Assembly (NCBI GenBank): GCA_965645245.1
Contig: OZ287074.1
Location: forward strand, 2,170,001-2,234,000
Source of the DNA: Massalongia carnosa
Lineage: Eukaryota
DNA length: 64,000 nucleotides
Direction: 5' to 3'
Shown here: in pieces, positions 49,192-62,623 of the stretch
Position numbering within the stretch: position 1 is the first letter of the stretch
Layout: every line of letters begins with the position of its first letter
The notes under the pieces: model-generated
Database searches by the model: none
What the model saw: the letters and a program-made list of their open reading frames with translations, nothing else
What the model was told of the DNA's origin: nothing
Translations under genes and position numbers: made by a program

Positions 49192-52100
49192 TCATACCTG
49201 GCACAGGTAAGCCGCTTGATGCATCTCTTCGGCCTCGTTCATCTTGCCTTGATTTCTATACAGAATTCCTAGATTGTTGACTGTGTCGAGCGCTGATGTG
49301 TGATCAGGACCCCAGGCTTTTTCCTTTCCTGTCAATGCGATACATCTCTTCGGCCTCGTTCATCTTGCCTTGATCTGCATACAGACTTCCTAGATTGTTG
49401 ACTGTGTCGAGGGTTGATGTGTGATCAGGACCCCAGGCCTTTTCCTTTCCTGTCAATGCCCGCAGATACATCTCTTCGGCCTCGTTCATCTTGCCTTGAT
49501 CTGCATACAGACTTCCTAGATTGTTGACTGTGTCGAGCGTTGATGTGTGATCAGGACCCCAGGCTTTTTCCTTTCCTGTCAATGCGATACATCTCTTCGG
49601 CCTCGTTCATCTTGCCTTGATCTGCATACAAAAGCCCTAGATTGTTGACTGTGTTGAGCGTTGATGTGTGATCAGGACCCCAGGCCTTTTCGTATCCTGT
49701 CAATGCCCGCAGACACATCTCTTCGGCCTCGTTCATCTTGCCTTGATCTGCATACAAAATCCCTAGATTGTTGACTGTGTCGAGCGTTGATGTGTGATCA
49801 GGACCCCAGGCCTTTTCCTTTCCTGTCAATGCCCGCAGATACATCTCTTCGGCCTCGTTCATCTTGCCTTGATCTGCATACAAAAGCCCTAGATTGTTGA
49901 CTGTGTTGAGCGTTGATGTGTGATCAGGACCCCAGGCCTTTTCGTATCCTGTCAATGCCCGCAGATACATCTCTTCGGCCTGGTTCATCTTGCCTTGATT
50001 TTTATACAGAATTCCTAGATTGTAGACTGTGTTGAGCGTTGATGTGTGATCAGGACCCCAGGCCTTTTCCTTTCCTGTCAATGCCCGCAGATACATCTCT
50101 TCGGCCTCGTTCATCTTGCCTTGATTTTTATACAGAATTCCTAGATTGTTGACTGTGTTGAGCGTTGATGTGTGATCAGGACCCCAGGCCTTTTCGTATC
50201 CTGTCAATGCCCGCAGATACATCTCTTCGGCCTCGTTCATCTTGCCTTGATCTGCATACAAAATCCCTAGATTGTTGACTGTGTTGAGCGTTGATGTGTG
50301 ATCAGGACCCCAGGCCTTTTCGTATCCTGTCAATGCCCGCAGATACATCTCTTCGGCCTCGTTCATCTTGCCTTGATTTTTATACAGAATTCCTAGATTG
50401 TTGACTGTGTTGAGCGTTGATGTGTGATCAGGACCCCAGGCCTTTTCGTATCCTGTCAATGCCCGCAGATACATCTCTTCGACCTCGTTCATCTTGCCTT
50501 GATCTGCATACAAAAGCCCTAGATTGTTGACTGTGTTGAGCGTTGATGTGTGATCAGGACCCCAGGCCTTTTCGTATCCTGTCAATGCCCGCAGATACAT
50601 CTCTTCGGCCTCGTTCATCTTGCCTTGATCTGCATACAAAAGCCCTAGATTGTTGACTGTGTCGAGCGTTGATGTGTGATCAGGACCTCTGGCCTTTTCG
50701 TATCCTGTCAATGCCCGCAGATACATTTCTTTGGCCTCTTTCAGCTTGCCTTGTTCTTTTAAAAAATAGCCAATAGCATAATACGAAAAATATAATACCT
50801 GTTCCCATCTCATGTTCCTTTCGAGGTTTTGAGGTTTTTTTCCAATCCAGAAGTGAACATAACTACAATGACCAGCCAGTCGTTTTCGATGCAGCCAGTT
50901 TGCTGAACTGTCAGTGGAATGACATGCGGAACCGATTACAGAAACTGCTAAAGAAGCTATCTCGTCGTTAGAGGTTAGATTCAAGTGAAAACACCAGTCA
51001 TGTATAATTGGATGAATCGCATAAGATGAGATCTCATATCGTGTTTCTATCAAGGAGTAATCCAGCAGTATTTGAATCTTCTGTGTAAAATCAAATTCCG
51101 TCTTCATGCTACATGAATACCAGATAGGTAATGTCTCTTTTGAGATAATGCTTTCGTCAAGTACAGGTGTGAATAAAGAATACCATAAATCTGAATGATC
51201 GAGATATGCAAACAGATTAAGCAATTTTGCAGCGCTCGCGTCATTGCGTTGCACATATTCATAGGAAATGGTGTACGTAGATAAAATGCTACGAGGATAA
51301 TCTTTTAGTCGGGTCGTTTTGTTGTTGTGAAGCTTCTCCCAAGTCTCTTCATAGTATCGAATATAGTCGTTCACACTTGTAGTCGTTCCGTGGATATAGG
51401 AGCCTGCATGAGCAAGTGCAAGTGGGAGACCACCCACTTTCTCGACGATCCTATCAAGGCCTATATAATGCTTAGTAAATTGGATTAAGACTGTTGCTCG
51501 AATTTCATTACCTTCAACTAATCGTCCTATCCTGCATCGTAATACTTCTACTCCTTGTAGATCGCTCATCCTTCCAAGTTGCCGGTCCTGCCCGTGTTGT
51601 CGAAGCTGTCGTAATCGGCTTGTGATTAAAATAGAGCCATGATCGGCTTCCGGGAAAAAATCTTCCACATCATATGATTGAGGATCATTTACCTCAGGGG
51701 AACTATCACGATCGACATTATCGAAAATGAGAAGCCATTGATTGTTTTCATGTTGACTGAACCAAATAAGAATATTGCTAATGATTTCATCTAGCTCTTC
51801 AGGTGTTTTAGAGAATTTTCTACATGAATCCGGAATCTGATCTGGGGGTAATTGCCGAGCAATCTGTGCAAGACTTTGACGTACACTTTCCTTACTATCG
51901 CCTTTTAGCCAAAAAATAGAACTGAAAATCTTCTGTGATCTTTGAGCGAACTCGATTGCTAGCTGAGTCTTGCCGGAGCCGCCCAGTCCGTGCAAAACGA
52001 ACACCTTCCGGCGAGTCTCACGAGTTGGCTTGGGAAAAAGGGTATTCTTAAGGTCATTCATTTCCTGATCACGAGCTATGAATTTGGGTACACGGGGTAA

Positions 52101-53232
52101 GCCTTTCAAACTGAACGTCACTTTATATGAACCACTGTCTATTCAAGGATTTAGTAACTCAAGAATTATCAAGCAAACATTGACGCACATTCTCGTGTTG
52201 AAAGATTATTTCCACAAAGCTTCATTTGTTTCATCACGCTTTCCAAAGCCACATAGCGGGTTGTGGCGGCCATGATCTTGTTCTTCTGTGCTGCATCTTC
52301 GAGTCCAATACTCTCAAGCCCATGAGAAACATTGAAACGAAAGTAGCGATTCCCATCGTCGAGATCGGAATGCGCTCGATGAAAAGACTCCGCTGTTTTT
52401 TCTGTCTCTGTTGCAATGTCTTTCAACGTTTTTGCAATCTCGAAGAGGCTTGAGCCATAAGAATCCAAGGATGGAACACCGGTACCGATAGATATCAGGC
52501 ATTTGATGTTTCCCTCAAGCGCTTCATCTGACCACACACTTCTGGCCTCGTTCCAAAGCTGTGCGACAGGATTGTTAGCCCCCACAGCCCCATCGACAAA
52601 CTCTTCTTCAAACTGGCCAATTTTAACTGGATCGAAGAAGGATGATGCGGCAGATGTGGCTCGAGCTGCCTCCCAAATATGTGTCTTATGGTACATATCT
52701 GATGATCCTCGAGAAGGATACGATGTGAAAAGGACTGTGTCGGCAGTCTCTTTGCTCAGAGCGCATACAAATCTAGCTTTCATTAGTATCACTAGAATTA
52801 TACGTGTAAATGCAACTTCCGAAGCACTAACACCTTGCATTGCTGATTCTCTGATCCTTTGAGGAGAGCATTTTCCCCTGCCTTCTCCTTCCGCTTTACG
52901 ATTTCTCGAATCGACCGTTCCAGCTCTTCCGTGTCGAATCTCCCCTGCACGTGTCCGTTTATTGTGACACGATGCCGCTTTTTTTTAAACACTTGATCGA
53001 ACAATGCGACATAGGCATCAATACATTCATCGATATTCATCTCAAGACGACCTAGCATGATAGCAATCAATCCACCGGTACTTGTCCCTCCGATCATGTC
53101 GAAATACTCGCATGGCTTCGGCGGCGCATCCGGATTGATGATCTCCATCAGTCGCTTGAGGATTGCGAGTGACGATAGCCCTCGCACTCCACCGCCATCA
53201 AGAGATAATAGGCATAAATCTTTGTCTGGCAT
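49192..53232 (-). CDS. NLR-like protein with patatin-like phospholipase, NB-ARC and TPR repeats (PLP-1-like); reading frame ends early at 49551
   Basis: LSLDGGGVRG, GTSTGG and DGA patatin motifs; P-loop GLGGSGKT; WLLIFDNVD, ILITSR, GGLPLAL; 42-aa TPR units; three predicted introns. Confidence 0.9.
49200..50760 (-). repeat. Array of about 12-13 near-identical 126-bp TPR-coding units
   Basis: Unit NNLGxLYxxQGKMNEAEEMYLRALTGxEKAWGPDHTSTLxTV repeated with very few DNA differences. Confidence 0.95.
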
Positions 53233-53426
53233 GATAGAAGGTCCTAGCTTTCTTCGAATTATACAACTAGCCTGGTAGGAATGTGCAGAGGCTAGCTTTG
53301 GAAATGAGTGGTATAGAAAGCATCAGTCAAGCTGTTATTGTTGCGCGGCTGAATGATATCCATATAAGGCTGAAAACGTCAAGCCCAGGCTTAATAAACA
53401 GTTACTAACTACTGTCATCCAGGGTG

Positions 53427-55602
53427 CGTAGAAGATTTCCCGAGGAAATGCCGCACCCGACGAAATGCCGCATCTTCTCACTTTCCAACCATTACTTTCA
53501 GACATGAATAAATCCACCCTCAACGCTCGTATCGAGCTCGCAATTGCTGATCTGAATCAGCAAGATCAGCCTAACCTCAGGGGGACAGCTAAAAGGTTTA
53601 GCCTAGTCGAAAGTACCCTCCGGAGGCGCTGGAAAGGCCAAACGGTGTCCCAAAAGGCAGCCGCGTCAAAATACAAGCAACGACTTACCTTGGCCCAGGA
53701 AGAGGCCTTAATTCAGCAAATCAATCGCCTTGTCGATCGTGGACTGCCCCCAACCGCCAGAATTGTACGAAACCTAGCGGAGGAGGTGATAGGAGGGCCT
53801 GTAGGGAAGAACTGGACAGGGGATTTTGTCCGCCGATACAAGGATAGGCTTAAAAGTCTTTATCTTCGAAATATGGATAGCCAGCGTATAAAATCTGAGT
53901 ATCCGCCTTTATTTAAGCAATTCTACGATTTGGTAGCGTGTTAACTACCCATTCCTATTTGTTGAATATTAATTATGATCGAAAATAACTAATGTTTCTA
54001 TTAGCTAATCGCCGGTGTCGAAAAATACAATATCACGAGGGAAAACCTTTACAATTGGGACGAAAAGGGCTTTGTGATTGGCCAAGCAAGCGCCACGCAA
54101 CGTATCATGTCGCTAGAGGCCCTTGAATCAGGGCGGATCACACATGCAAGCCAGGACGGGAATAGGGAGTTTATCAGCCTCCTTGCTTGTATCGGGGCCG
54201 ACGGAACCGCTTTACCTCCTGCCTTGATCTATAAAGGCGACTCTGGCATACTCCAGGATACATGGGTTGAGGATGTAAATCCTAATGACGAGGCGTTCTT
54301 TGCAGTATCGGCGAAAGGATGGAGTTGTGATATCCTTGGCCTAAATTGGCTAGAGCAGGTTTTTCAGCGTTATACGAAGCAAAAGGCTAGAAATAGAAGA
54401 CGTTTACTGATAGTAGACGGTCATTCTAGCCACGTGAATCTTAAGTTTATCGATAAATGCGATAACTTACGTATTCTTCTCCTGATTCTACCTTCGCACT
54501 CTACGCATCGTTTACAGCCTCTGGACGTTTCTCTATTCGCGCCGTTAGCAACGTTCTATACCAATGGGCTGAATAGACTAATGTTCGAGAGTCTAGGCAT
54601 GATAAACATGTCAAAAAGAGCCTTTTGGAGCGTTTTCTTCCCTGCATGGCAGCAGGGCATTTTCGGAGGAAAAAATTACTTCTGCCTTCGAAAAAACCGG
54701 TATTTGGCCTTACAATCCGAGCCTTATACTAAATGTTATCACACCACAGATAATCGAGGCTCCTTCTCAGTCGCCAAAAACACCAATGACAAGCCGTGCT
54801 ATTCGCCGTACGCAGCGAGCGTACGATATTGCGCCTACAAATTTATTACTAGCAAAGATCTTCCGGGCTAACGAACGCCTTGCTGCCCAGGACTCTATCA
54901 ACAAATACGTGATCAAAGGGCTCTGCAATACCCTTCAGGACGAAAAGAAGAGGAGGAAGAGAGGTAAACGGCTTAATTTAGTTGGGGAAGAGGACTCAGG
55001 CCCTCAATTCTTTAGTCCTAGGCGAGTACAGGCTGCCAGGGAATTTCAAGCAGCAAAAGAGGAAGAAGAAGCACAACGCCAGCTAGATATTAGCGAGAAG
55101 CGACGACAAGCTACTGCTAAAAGGTTACAGAAAGAAGAGGAGAAGCTAGAAAAGGTAGCAATCGCTCTAGAGAAGCGGCGATTGACTGCAGAAGCAAAGG
55201 TAGCAAAGGCCGCTGAGAAGCAGGCTCAGAAGGAGTTACGTAAAACAGCAAACAGATATCCTAAGGGACAGCTCGGGCAGCAGAAGCAGTATACAGGGTC
55301 TAATAAAGTTCAAAAGACTCGAAAGAAGAAGGTAAAGCCGCCTACTCGTGTTATTATCGCTAAAGAGGTAGAGGAGGTGGTTTTAACTACCTCGACTGGA
55401 AGAAGGGTCCAGCGCCCAGGGCGTTTTGCTATGTAAGGTTTTTAAGGTCGGATATCGTGTATATACTTTCTATTTATACTATATTTAATACACATTCCAT
55501 TAATCGTTGTAGTTGTTGATCAACGACGAAAACAATATTCTAATGCCGAATTGTAAAGTGCGGCATTTCGCCGGGCGCGGCATTTCCTCGGGAAATCTTC
55601 TA
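53427..55602 (+). mobile_element. pogo/Fot1-type DNA transposon; transposase 53504-55436 (intron about 53933-54004, frameshift near 54655)
   Basis: TIR GTAGAAGATTTCCCGAGGAAATGCCGC...; CENP-B-type HTH; YNWDEKGF, LLIVDGHSSH and HRLQPLD motifs. Confidence 0.9.
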
Positions 55603-56926
55603 CAGTCGGGTCTAGGAAGTGACCGAACAGCGCACGTTCCACCCCCATTTTACCCCTCACCCCTAATGATGAAAATCACCCCAATCAATCAATTTCCAAC
55701 TTGATGCTTTGAAAACTTCATATTTCGTCAAATACTGTATGCTGAAGAAGATTAAATCATCAGTATTTAATAGAACCCCCTTTAGCCTTAATAAGAAAGC
55801 GAATACGCTCAGGCATGCTCTCAATGCACCGTCTGAAGTCCTCCTCAGTCAACAGCTCCCATTCCTCCCGAATAGCCTGCTCCATGGCCTCAATTGTATG
55901 GATTTGGTGACGACGGGCACTGACCCGTATTTTGATAATACGCCAGAGATTCTCAATGGGATTCAAATCGGGTGACTGAGGTGGCCAATCCATGCGTAAA
56001 AGCCCGTTTCGTCTCCCCCAATCAATCACCATTTTCGAAGTATGATAGCTGGCTCCGTCATCCATCCAGATCGTCAAACCTCGCCTAGTCAAGCATGCTT
56101 CATAAAACGAGAGCCCTAAAGGCCGTAGCACCTCGTCAATGTAGATATCTGAATTCATTCGTCTCCCCTTATTCAAAACGAGCATAGGGCCTTTTTCACC
56201 CAATCGTATGCTAGCCCAGATGCCCACAGTGCTTCGTCCGCTTTTGAATGTAGGCTTCAGATATCTAGACTCCATGGCCGTGCCTTTTCGTCTCGTGACG
56301 TAGCACGAGCGAGTGTCTAAACCAGTTTCAAACGTAGCTTCATCTGTCCATATAACTCGGCCCCAATCTCCTACCGTCCAATGCTTATGCTCCTTGCCCC
56401 ATTTTAGCCTGATTGCTTTGTGACGTGCTGATAGAAACGGCTTTTTTCTAGCCCTGAAACGGAAATAGCCACCGAGCTTCAGATATTTCGTACGGTGACG
56501 CGAGAGAGCTTTTGACCCGATTTGGAAGGGGTAGTCAGGGCCAGCAAATTATCGTGTGGATTTTTCTCAACATGGCGAATCAATGCCCGTCTGGCACGGA
56601 CATTTAGCTTGGTTGGCCGACCAGTACGTTTTTTGGGAACGGAAGAGGCGTCGGCTTGTCTCTTAGCTCTATGAACTATGGTGACCACGGTGGAACGGGC
56701 CAGCCGAACTTGACGGGCTATTTCAGCATAGGAATAGTGGACTTCATGAAGAGCTACAACGATAGCAATGGTTTCAGACGAATGTTCACGTCTGGCCGTC
56801 TTGGGTTTGGAAGGCATTTCGTTGATCAGATGAAAATTGATGGAGAAAGGGGAGGGTGAAGTAAGGGGGGAATTTAGATGAGGGGAAATTAAGCGAAGTG
56901 TTTGCTGACTTCCTAGACCCGATTTG
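55603..56926 (-). mobile_element. Tc1-like DNA transposon inserted at a TA in the right tip of the pogo element; transposase about 56818-55760, frameshifted
   Basis: TIR CAGTCGGGTCTAGGAAGT / ACTTCCTAGACCCGATTTG with TA on both sides; WTDEATF, MDDGASYH and WPPQSPDLNPIENLW motifs. Confidence 0.9.
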
Positions 56927-57640
56927 TACAAGCTAGTAACGTAATTCACATGTATTCGGAACACCCGCTTAACTAAATTCGTATGACATATTTAGTGCTA
57001 CTAATAATTACCCTAATCGTGCTAAACCACTTTCGGAATGGAAGAGCATCCCTTATCGACGATGATGGAAAGAAGTATGAGGTGCGTCCACGACTTCAGC
57101 GAGATACATCTTTTCGTCTCCTTTCGCACGCGCTGTTGTCTCGCGGTATCGATGTTCGGCCAGGCTGGTGATGTAAGCGGATTCAGTCTTGTCGGCGTAG
57201 ATTCGGATCGCGACACAAGTCCCCCGGAATACTTCATAGATGGGATTTGACGCCTTAGCTGCTTCAAGAGCACTGTTGACTTTTCTGATCAAGACATCCG
57301 TAGGCTGGTTGGCGAAGAAAAGAACCGACTTGGAAAAAGCGAGTGAAAAGGAAAGGCAATCAGTAATTAAAGAGGCGTGGAGTACAATTAGATTAATCTA
57401 GATTTTTGCTTTAATTTTGGTGTGTATTTTAAGAATTTCATTCTACGAGTTTGATCCCACGAGTTGATCAAAGTTTAGACAAGAACGATTTCGACCTTAT
57501 AGAACAACGTCACAACTTCATTGTTTTCATGTTTGTAACGTCGTCGTCGCTTGATATGATCATGATCAATATATTTTTGATTTTTTCGTTATAAATTTCA
57601 ATCTTTATTGAAGGTTTTTTTTTTTTGGTAGCTTGTACAA

Positions 57641-59263
57641 ATGATGATCAACAAATCTACACAAGACCGCGAGAGACGCAAGAAGGAGCAGGAGAAGACG
57701 ATAAAGCTCTTGGGAGCAAAGATAGATGAGTATTTAAAGCTTGGCAACAGCTCAGGAGACCCAGTGGCGCACTCTTTGTTAAATGAGGTAAAAGCCACGT
57801 TGCAGACGCAGATCCATATTAACTCGGAAAATGAAGACACCAGCATGGTGGCGGAATCCCTACGGGACATAAAGAACGCGCTCAATCGCATGGAAGGCGT
57901 TAGAAAGAACAACGAGCCCACCACAAGCTACGCCACCGCGGCAACCCCATCGACATCCCGAGCCCAAGTCGGGCCCAACCCAACGTACAATCTAAGACAC
58001 CCAAGACCTCAAAAAACCAAAGAACTATCCCCTAGCGAGGCCAAAAGAGCCCGGGAGGTCACACTACGGTTCACCAATGAGGCCGATCGAGAAAGAGTAA
58101 GACAGCTGCCCACCCAGGAGCTGGTGGAATCGCTGCAGAAAAATGTCGGAGGAATAGTGGGAATATCTCGACTCACAAGCGGGGACATACGGATCCACGC
58201 AGAATCAGCAGAGATCAAGAAGACCCTACACGAGAACACCAAGTGGATCACCGCGGTCGCAGCGTCAGCCACGGTCCAGCGCCGCACCTTTGCAGTACGA
58301 GCTAGCGGAGTCAAGGTGGAACATATCGATGCCACCAATCAGAATCAAATCATACAGTACCTGCAGACAGCTAATGCACGATTACACCCAGGCCTAAAAA
58401 TCACGAGGATCGCCTGGTCGTTCAGGGCTATCAAAGAAAAGAAGGCATACTCATCGCTGCACATAGAAGTAGAGACCCCTGCTATGGCCAACCGCCTCAT
58501 TAACGAAGGCTTCCTGGTCGACCACGAGATAAAGAACTGCGAAAAATTTGCGAAGAGCTGCAAGCTGACGCAGTGCTTTAACTGCTACAAATACGGACAT
58601 ATAGGAAAACGTTGCCGCAATCCTACGGCGTGCGGCCACTGCGCCGGCGGGCATCCGACCAACGAATGCAACCCGGAAACAACCGGTAGACAGAAGAGAT
58701 GCGCATGCTGCGACGAGAGAGGCCACGTAGCGTGGGCCCCCACATGCAAACTCAGGATACAAGAAATGAGCAAGATAGAGAAGGCTAGGAAAAGCTCGTC
58801 GCAGCTCTTCGCTACGGGCGACCCGATCGTAGCACGATCATTCATCTTTTCGTCCCAGGCCCCAACTGACAAAGAAAGCAATGCAGCACTAGGAGAGGCA
58901 ACGGAAAGCCCCGTCAATGGTATCCCGAAAGTTGCCAGCAGCAAGAAAAGAAAAACCGCCCCAGCCGGCTCTCATGAAGTATCGCCGGCAGGCCCAAGCC
59001 GCCCAACAGGAACGTCGTGGAAGGACACAGAGATCATGAAGCCCATGAACATGCAAAGAGCAATGGCAAAGCCCATTCTAGGCAGACCACCCAACACGTC
59101 AACGACGATGGCTGCAACACCCGCCCACACCCGCACCAATCCCGCCGCCCACCCGCTGCAACCCTCCCCGCCGACCCCCGACACACCTCCCCCCCTCGAC
59201 GACCAAGGACTAATCACCCGCACCGCTCCTGCAACGGACGTAATGGAAGAAGGATGTTTATGA
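57641..59263 (+). CDS. LINE (Tad1-like) ORF1 gag-like protein
   Basis: Three zinc knuckles: CFNCYKYGHIGKRC, CGHCAGGHPTNEC, CACCDERGHVAWAPTC. Confidence 0.9.
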   Translation: MMINKSTQDRERRKKEQEKTIKLLGAKIDEYLKLGNSSGDPVAHSLLNEVKATLQTQIHINSENEDTSMVAESLRDIKNALNRMEGVRKNNEPTTSYATAATPSTSRAQVGPNPTYNLRHPRPQKTKELSPSEAKRAREVTLRFTNEADRERVRQLPTQELVESLQKNVGGIVGISRLTSGDIRIHAESAEIKKTLHENTKWITAVAASATVQRRTFAVRASGVKVEHIDATNQNQIIQYLQTANARLHPGLKITRIAWSFRAIKEKKAYSSLHIEVETPAMANRLINEGFLVDHEIKNCEKFAKSCKLTQCFNCYKYGHIGKRCRNPTACGHCAGGHPTNECNPETTGRQKRCACCDERGHVAWAPTCKLRIQEMSKIEKARKSSSQLFATGDPIVARSFIFSSQAPTDKESNAALGEATESPVNGIPKVASSKKRKTAPAGSHEVSPAGPSRPTGTSWKDTEIMKPMNMQRAMAKPILGRPPNTSTTMAATPAHTRTNPAAHPLQPSPPTPDTPPPLDDQGLITRTAPATDVMEEGCL

Positions 59264-62200
59264 AGGACACAAACTCCATTAACATACTACAGTACAACGT
59301 CAGAAACGACCGAGTAAGTACAATGATACCACTTTTGGCAGATTCAAACACGCAGGACTACGACGTTATAGCAATACAGGAACCATGGCGGAGCACGCAC
59401 GCCCCGACCACTCTTAGCTCTCACCAAAGCGGATTCCACCTTCTATATCGCCCCGGCGGCGACACACGCGTATGCTTCTACGTCAACGAGAAAATCGACC
59501 CGGAAAGCTGGGAAGTAGAATTCCCAACCGCAGACCTATGCACGTTGAAATTTAACGTGAGCACCGACGGTGTTACGAGAACGTTGCACATTCATAACGT
59601 GTATAACCCGTCCCCGTCTTCTTATTCATCCACAGACAGCCCCTCCACGCTCCCGGCTGTTCGTCAGCAACTCGCCGCAGATGCACAGCACGTCCTCCTC
59701 GGCGATTTCAACCTTCACCATCCATTTTGGAACGGAGTCACAAGGCCAACGCAACACGCAGCCGCGGACCAACTACTGGATATAGTAGAAGAATTCGATC
59801 TCTCACTTACACTGCCCAAAGGGACCGTTACATGGGAGGCTCGGAACTCTTTTAGCACCATAGACCTAGTATTTATGTCGGAATTCCTGACGGAAAGACT
59901 AGAACACTGCATGTCGAGACCGGAAATGAACCAATCCTCTGATCACATCCCGATTTCCACCCGCATTCTTCTCGGTAGTGAACAGCTAACGCAAGTCAAG
60001 CGCAGAGCATGGAAACTGCTGAACATGGAGAAACTGAGAAAGGCAGAAAGCAACGCCCCGCCCGTCACCCACCCCCGCTCCGCCGAGGAAATTGACCAGT
60101 ACGCTCAGACAATCCAAGAGTATCTTCAGAAAATCATAGCCGCCTCCGTCCCCTGGGCCAGACCCAGCGAATACGCGAAACCTTTTTGGAACGAAGAATG
60201 CAATCGCGCCATCCGTGAGACTCGCAAATTGCGCCGTTCCTGGTCGTCATCGCGTCACATGGACGACTGGAAAGCGTACATGAAGTCCAACGACAAGAAG
60301 CAAAAGATAATCCGAAAAGCAAAAATGCTCTCATTCCGCAAAGAGATCAGTGCAGTCACCGAGTCGCCGCTGGGCATATGGAAGCTGGCAAGATGGGCAA
60401 AAGATAGAAGCCAGAAGCCCCGCGAGATACCGAAAATGCCGCCACTGAGGCACGGAGGGCAGACGGCGGAGACGTTCGAAGAAAAAGCGGAAATGCTGAA
60501 AGCCAAGTTCTTTCCCCCACCACCGCCGGCGGACCTGAGCGACATACCTGGGTCATTCTACCCCGCTGCCGCGGATTGTCCCATGATGATCACAAAGAAC
60601 GAAGTGATCGCAAACATACAATGCCTCAAGTCCGACAAGGCTCCGGGTCCTGACGGGATCACCAACAAAATCCTCAAGGCATGCTCTACAAAGCTAGCAG
60701 AATTGCTAACCCCTTTATTTCAGGCGTGCGTCACGCAAGCGTATCATCCTCGCGAGTTCAAAAGAGCGAACACGATAACGCTCAAAAAACCGGGAAAGAA
60801 AGACAACACCAGCCCAAAGGCATATCGGCCCATAGCTCTCCTGAACACAATGGGTAAAGTTCTAGAAGCGGTCATCGCAAAGAAAATCACCCACATAGCG
60901 GAACAGCATCGGCTCTTGCCCGACACGCAAATGGGTGCTCGGCGAGGGCGATCCACCGAGTCCGCACTCGAGCTTCTCACAGAACAGGTATACACCGTAT
61001 GGGGACAAGGCAACGACAAGGTGGCAACCCTACTCAGCATGGATGTGGCAGGTGCGTTTGACACGGTGTCTCACCGTAGGCTAATACACAATCTACGGAA
61101 AAGGAAAATTCCGAAATGGATCACAGACTGGACAGCAAGCTTTCTGGAGAATAGGAAAACCACATTAGCAATAAATCGGCGAGCAACCGGGGAGTTCGCA
61201 GTGCGCACGGGCATTCCTCAAGGCTCGCCCATTTCCCCTATTCTGTATCTGTTCTACAACGCGGACCTATTAGAGATATGCCAGAGACCCGGCACGAACA
61301 CGAGTGCGCTGGGATTCGTAGACGACGTAAACGTGTTGGCATACGGTAAAAGCACGGAAGAAAATTGCAGAACTCTTGAAAGAATTCACAGGAAATGCGA
61401 ATTGTGGGCGACACGGCATGGCTCCGTATTTGCACCGGATAAATATGAACTCATTCATTTGTCAAGAAATCCAAAGAAATTCAACATGACGGCCACTATT
61501 CAAATTGAAACCAATCTGATTGAACCAAAAACGGACATAAGAGTACTGGGCCTACAAATCGACACAAAACTAAAATGGGGAGCTCATATACGGAAGACGC
61601 AGGAAAAGATGACGTCGCAGTCGCTAGCGCTCACAAAAATCTCGGCATCCACCTGGGGAGCATCCTTCGCAAAGGCCCGGCAGGTCTACACCTCCGTCGT
61701 CCGCCCGGCAATGACATACGGAAGCGCCGTGTGGCACACGCCCAAGGAAATCCAAGAAAAACAAGGCCACGATGTCCAAACTCAGTGTCATGCAGAACAA
61801 ATGCCTACGCACTGTGGCAGGAGCGTTTAAAGCAACACCCGTCGAGGTTCTCGAAGCGGAAACTTTCATCGCCCCTATGGAGCTACACTTGGATCATCTG
61901 CAGATGAAAGCAAGATACCGCCTACGGGCCTCAGGGCAAGCGAAACTGATCACCACTGCCTGCAGCACAATAGCGAACAAGCTACGAGGCAAGGCAGGAC
62001 GCAAAAGAATACAACGCCCCACCCTAGGAGATTTAAAACACGAATGGGCCAGCAAGATGCTAAACAACGAAGCCCCAGCCGCAATACCGCCGCCGCCCCG
62101 ACCCTGGTCAGGACCCGACCCTGTCCGTCTCGAGAAATACATCACGGCACGCCGAATTATCGGAAAGCACGCAAAGACCATTACAGTACGAATCAAGGAG

Positions 62201-62623
62201 CGTTGGGAGACCAGGTGGAAGGCGTATCAGGACCGCGTTCCCTACCCAACAGAGGCACAGCTCGGACCACTCAACAGAACTAGATTGAAGATTCATGACA
62301 ACTTGATGAAGGCGGAAAGCGCGCTAACCACGCAAATCCGCACTGAGAAAATAGGTTTGGCAAACTTCCTGTTCAATCGTCGGGTTCCGGGAGCTATGAC
62401 TCCAGCTTGCTCGTGTGGCTGGCAGAAACAGACTGCCAAACACATCATATTACACTGCAGACTAATCGAAGGCAGATATGAGCTGCTCAGACAATTGGGC
62501 ACCCACGACTACCGGACGATTACGCGTTCGTCGAAAATGCTGAAAAAGCTAACTGCATGGATAATAAAAGCAAACTTGTTAACACAGTTCTCACTAGCAT
62601 CGCAAATGTTATACGAGATATAA
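59260..62623 (+). CDS. LINE ORF2: APE endonuclease, reverse transcriptase and C-terminal CCHC; one frameshift near 61760
   Basis: LQYNV, IQEP, GDFNLHH, SDH; KAPGPDG, YRPIALL, DVAGAFD, GIPQGSPISP, FVDD; CSCG...TAKHIILHC. Confidence 0.92.

Noticed and set aside
49200..50760. Regular repeat array resembling CRISPR or satellite DNA
   Set aside because: Units are 126-bp in-frame TPR coding repeats with no unique spacers, in a eukaryotic context
56990..57300. Coding-like fragment between the Tc1 element and the LINE
   Set aside because: No identifiable family; may be a truncated relic
38781..62623. Single-base frameshifts in otherwise clean TE ORFs read as programmed frameshifting
   Set aside because: They are scattered at non-canonical positions in many elements; mutation or assembly indel error is more likely
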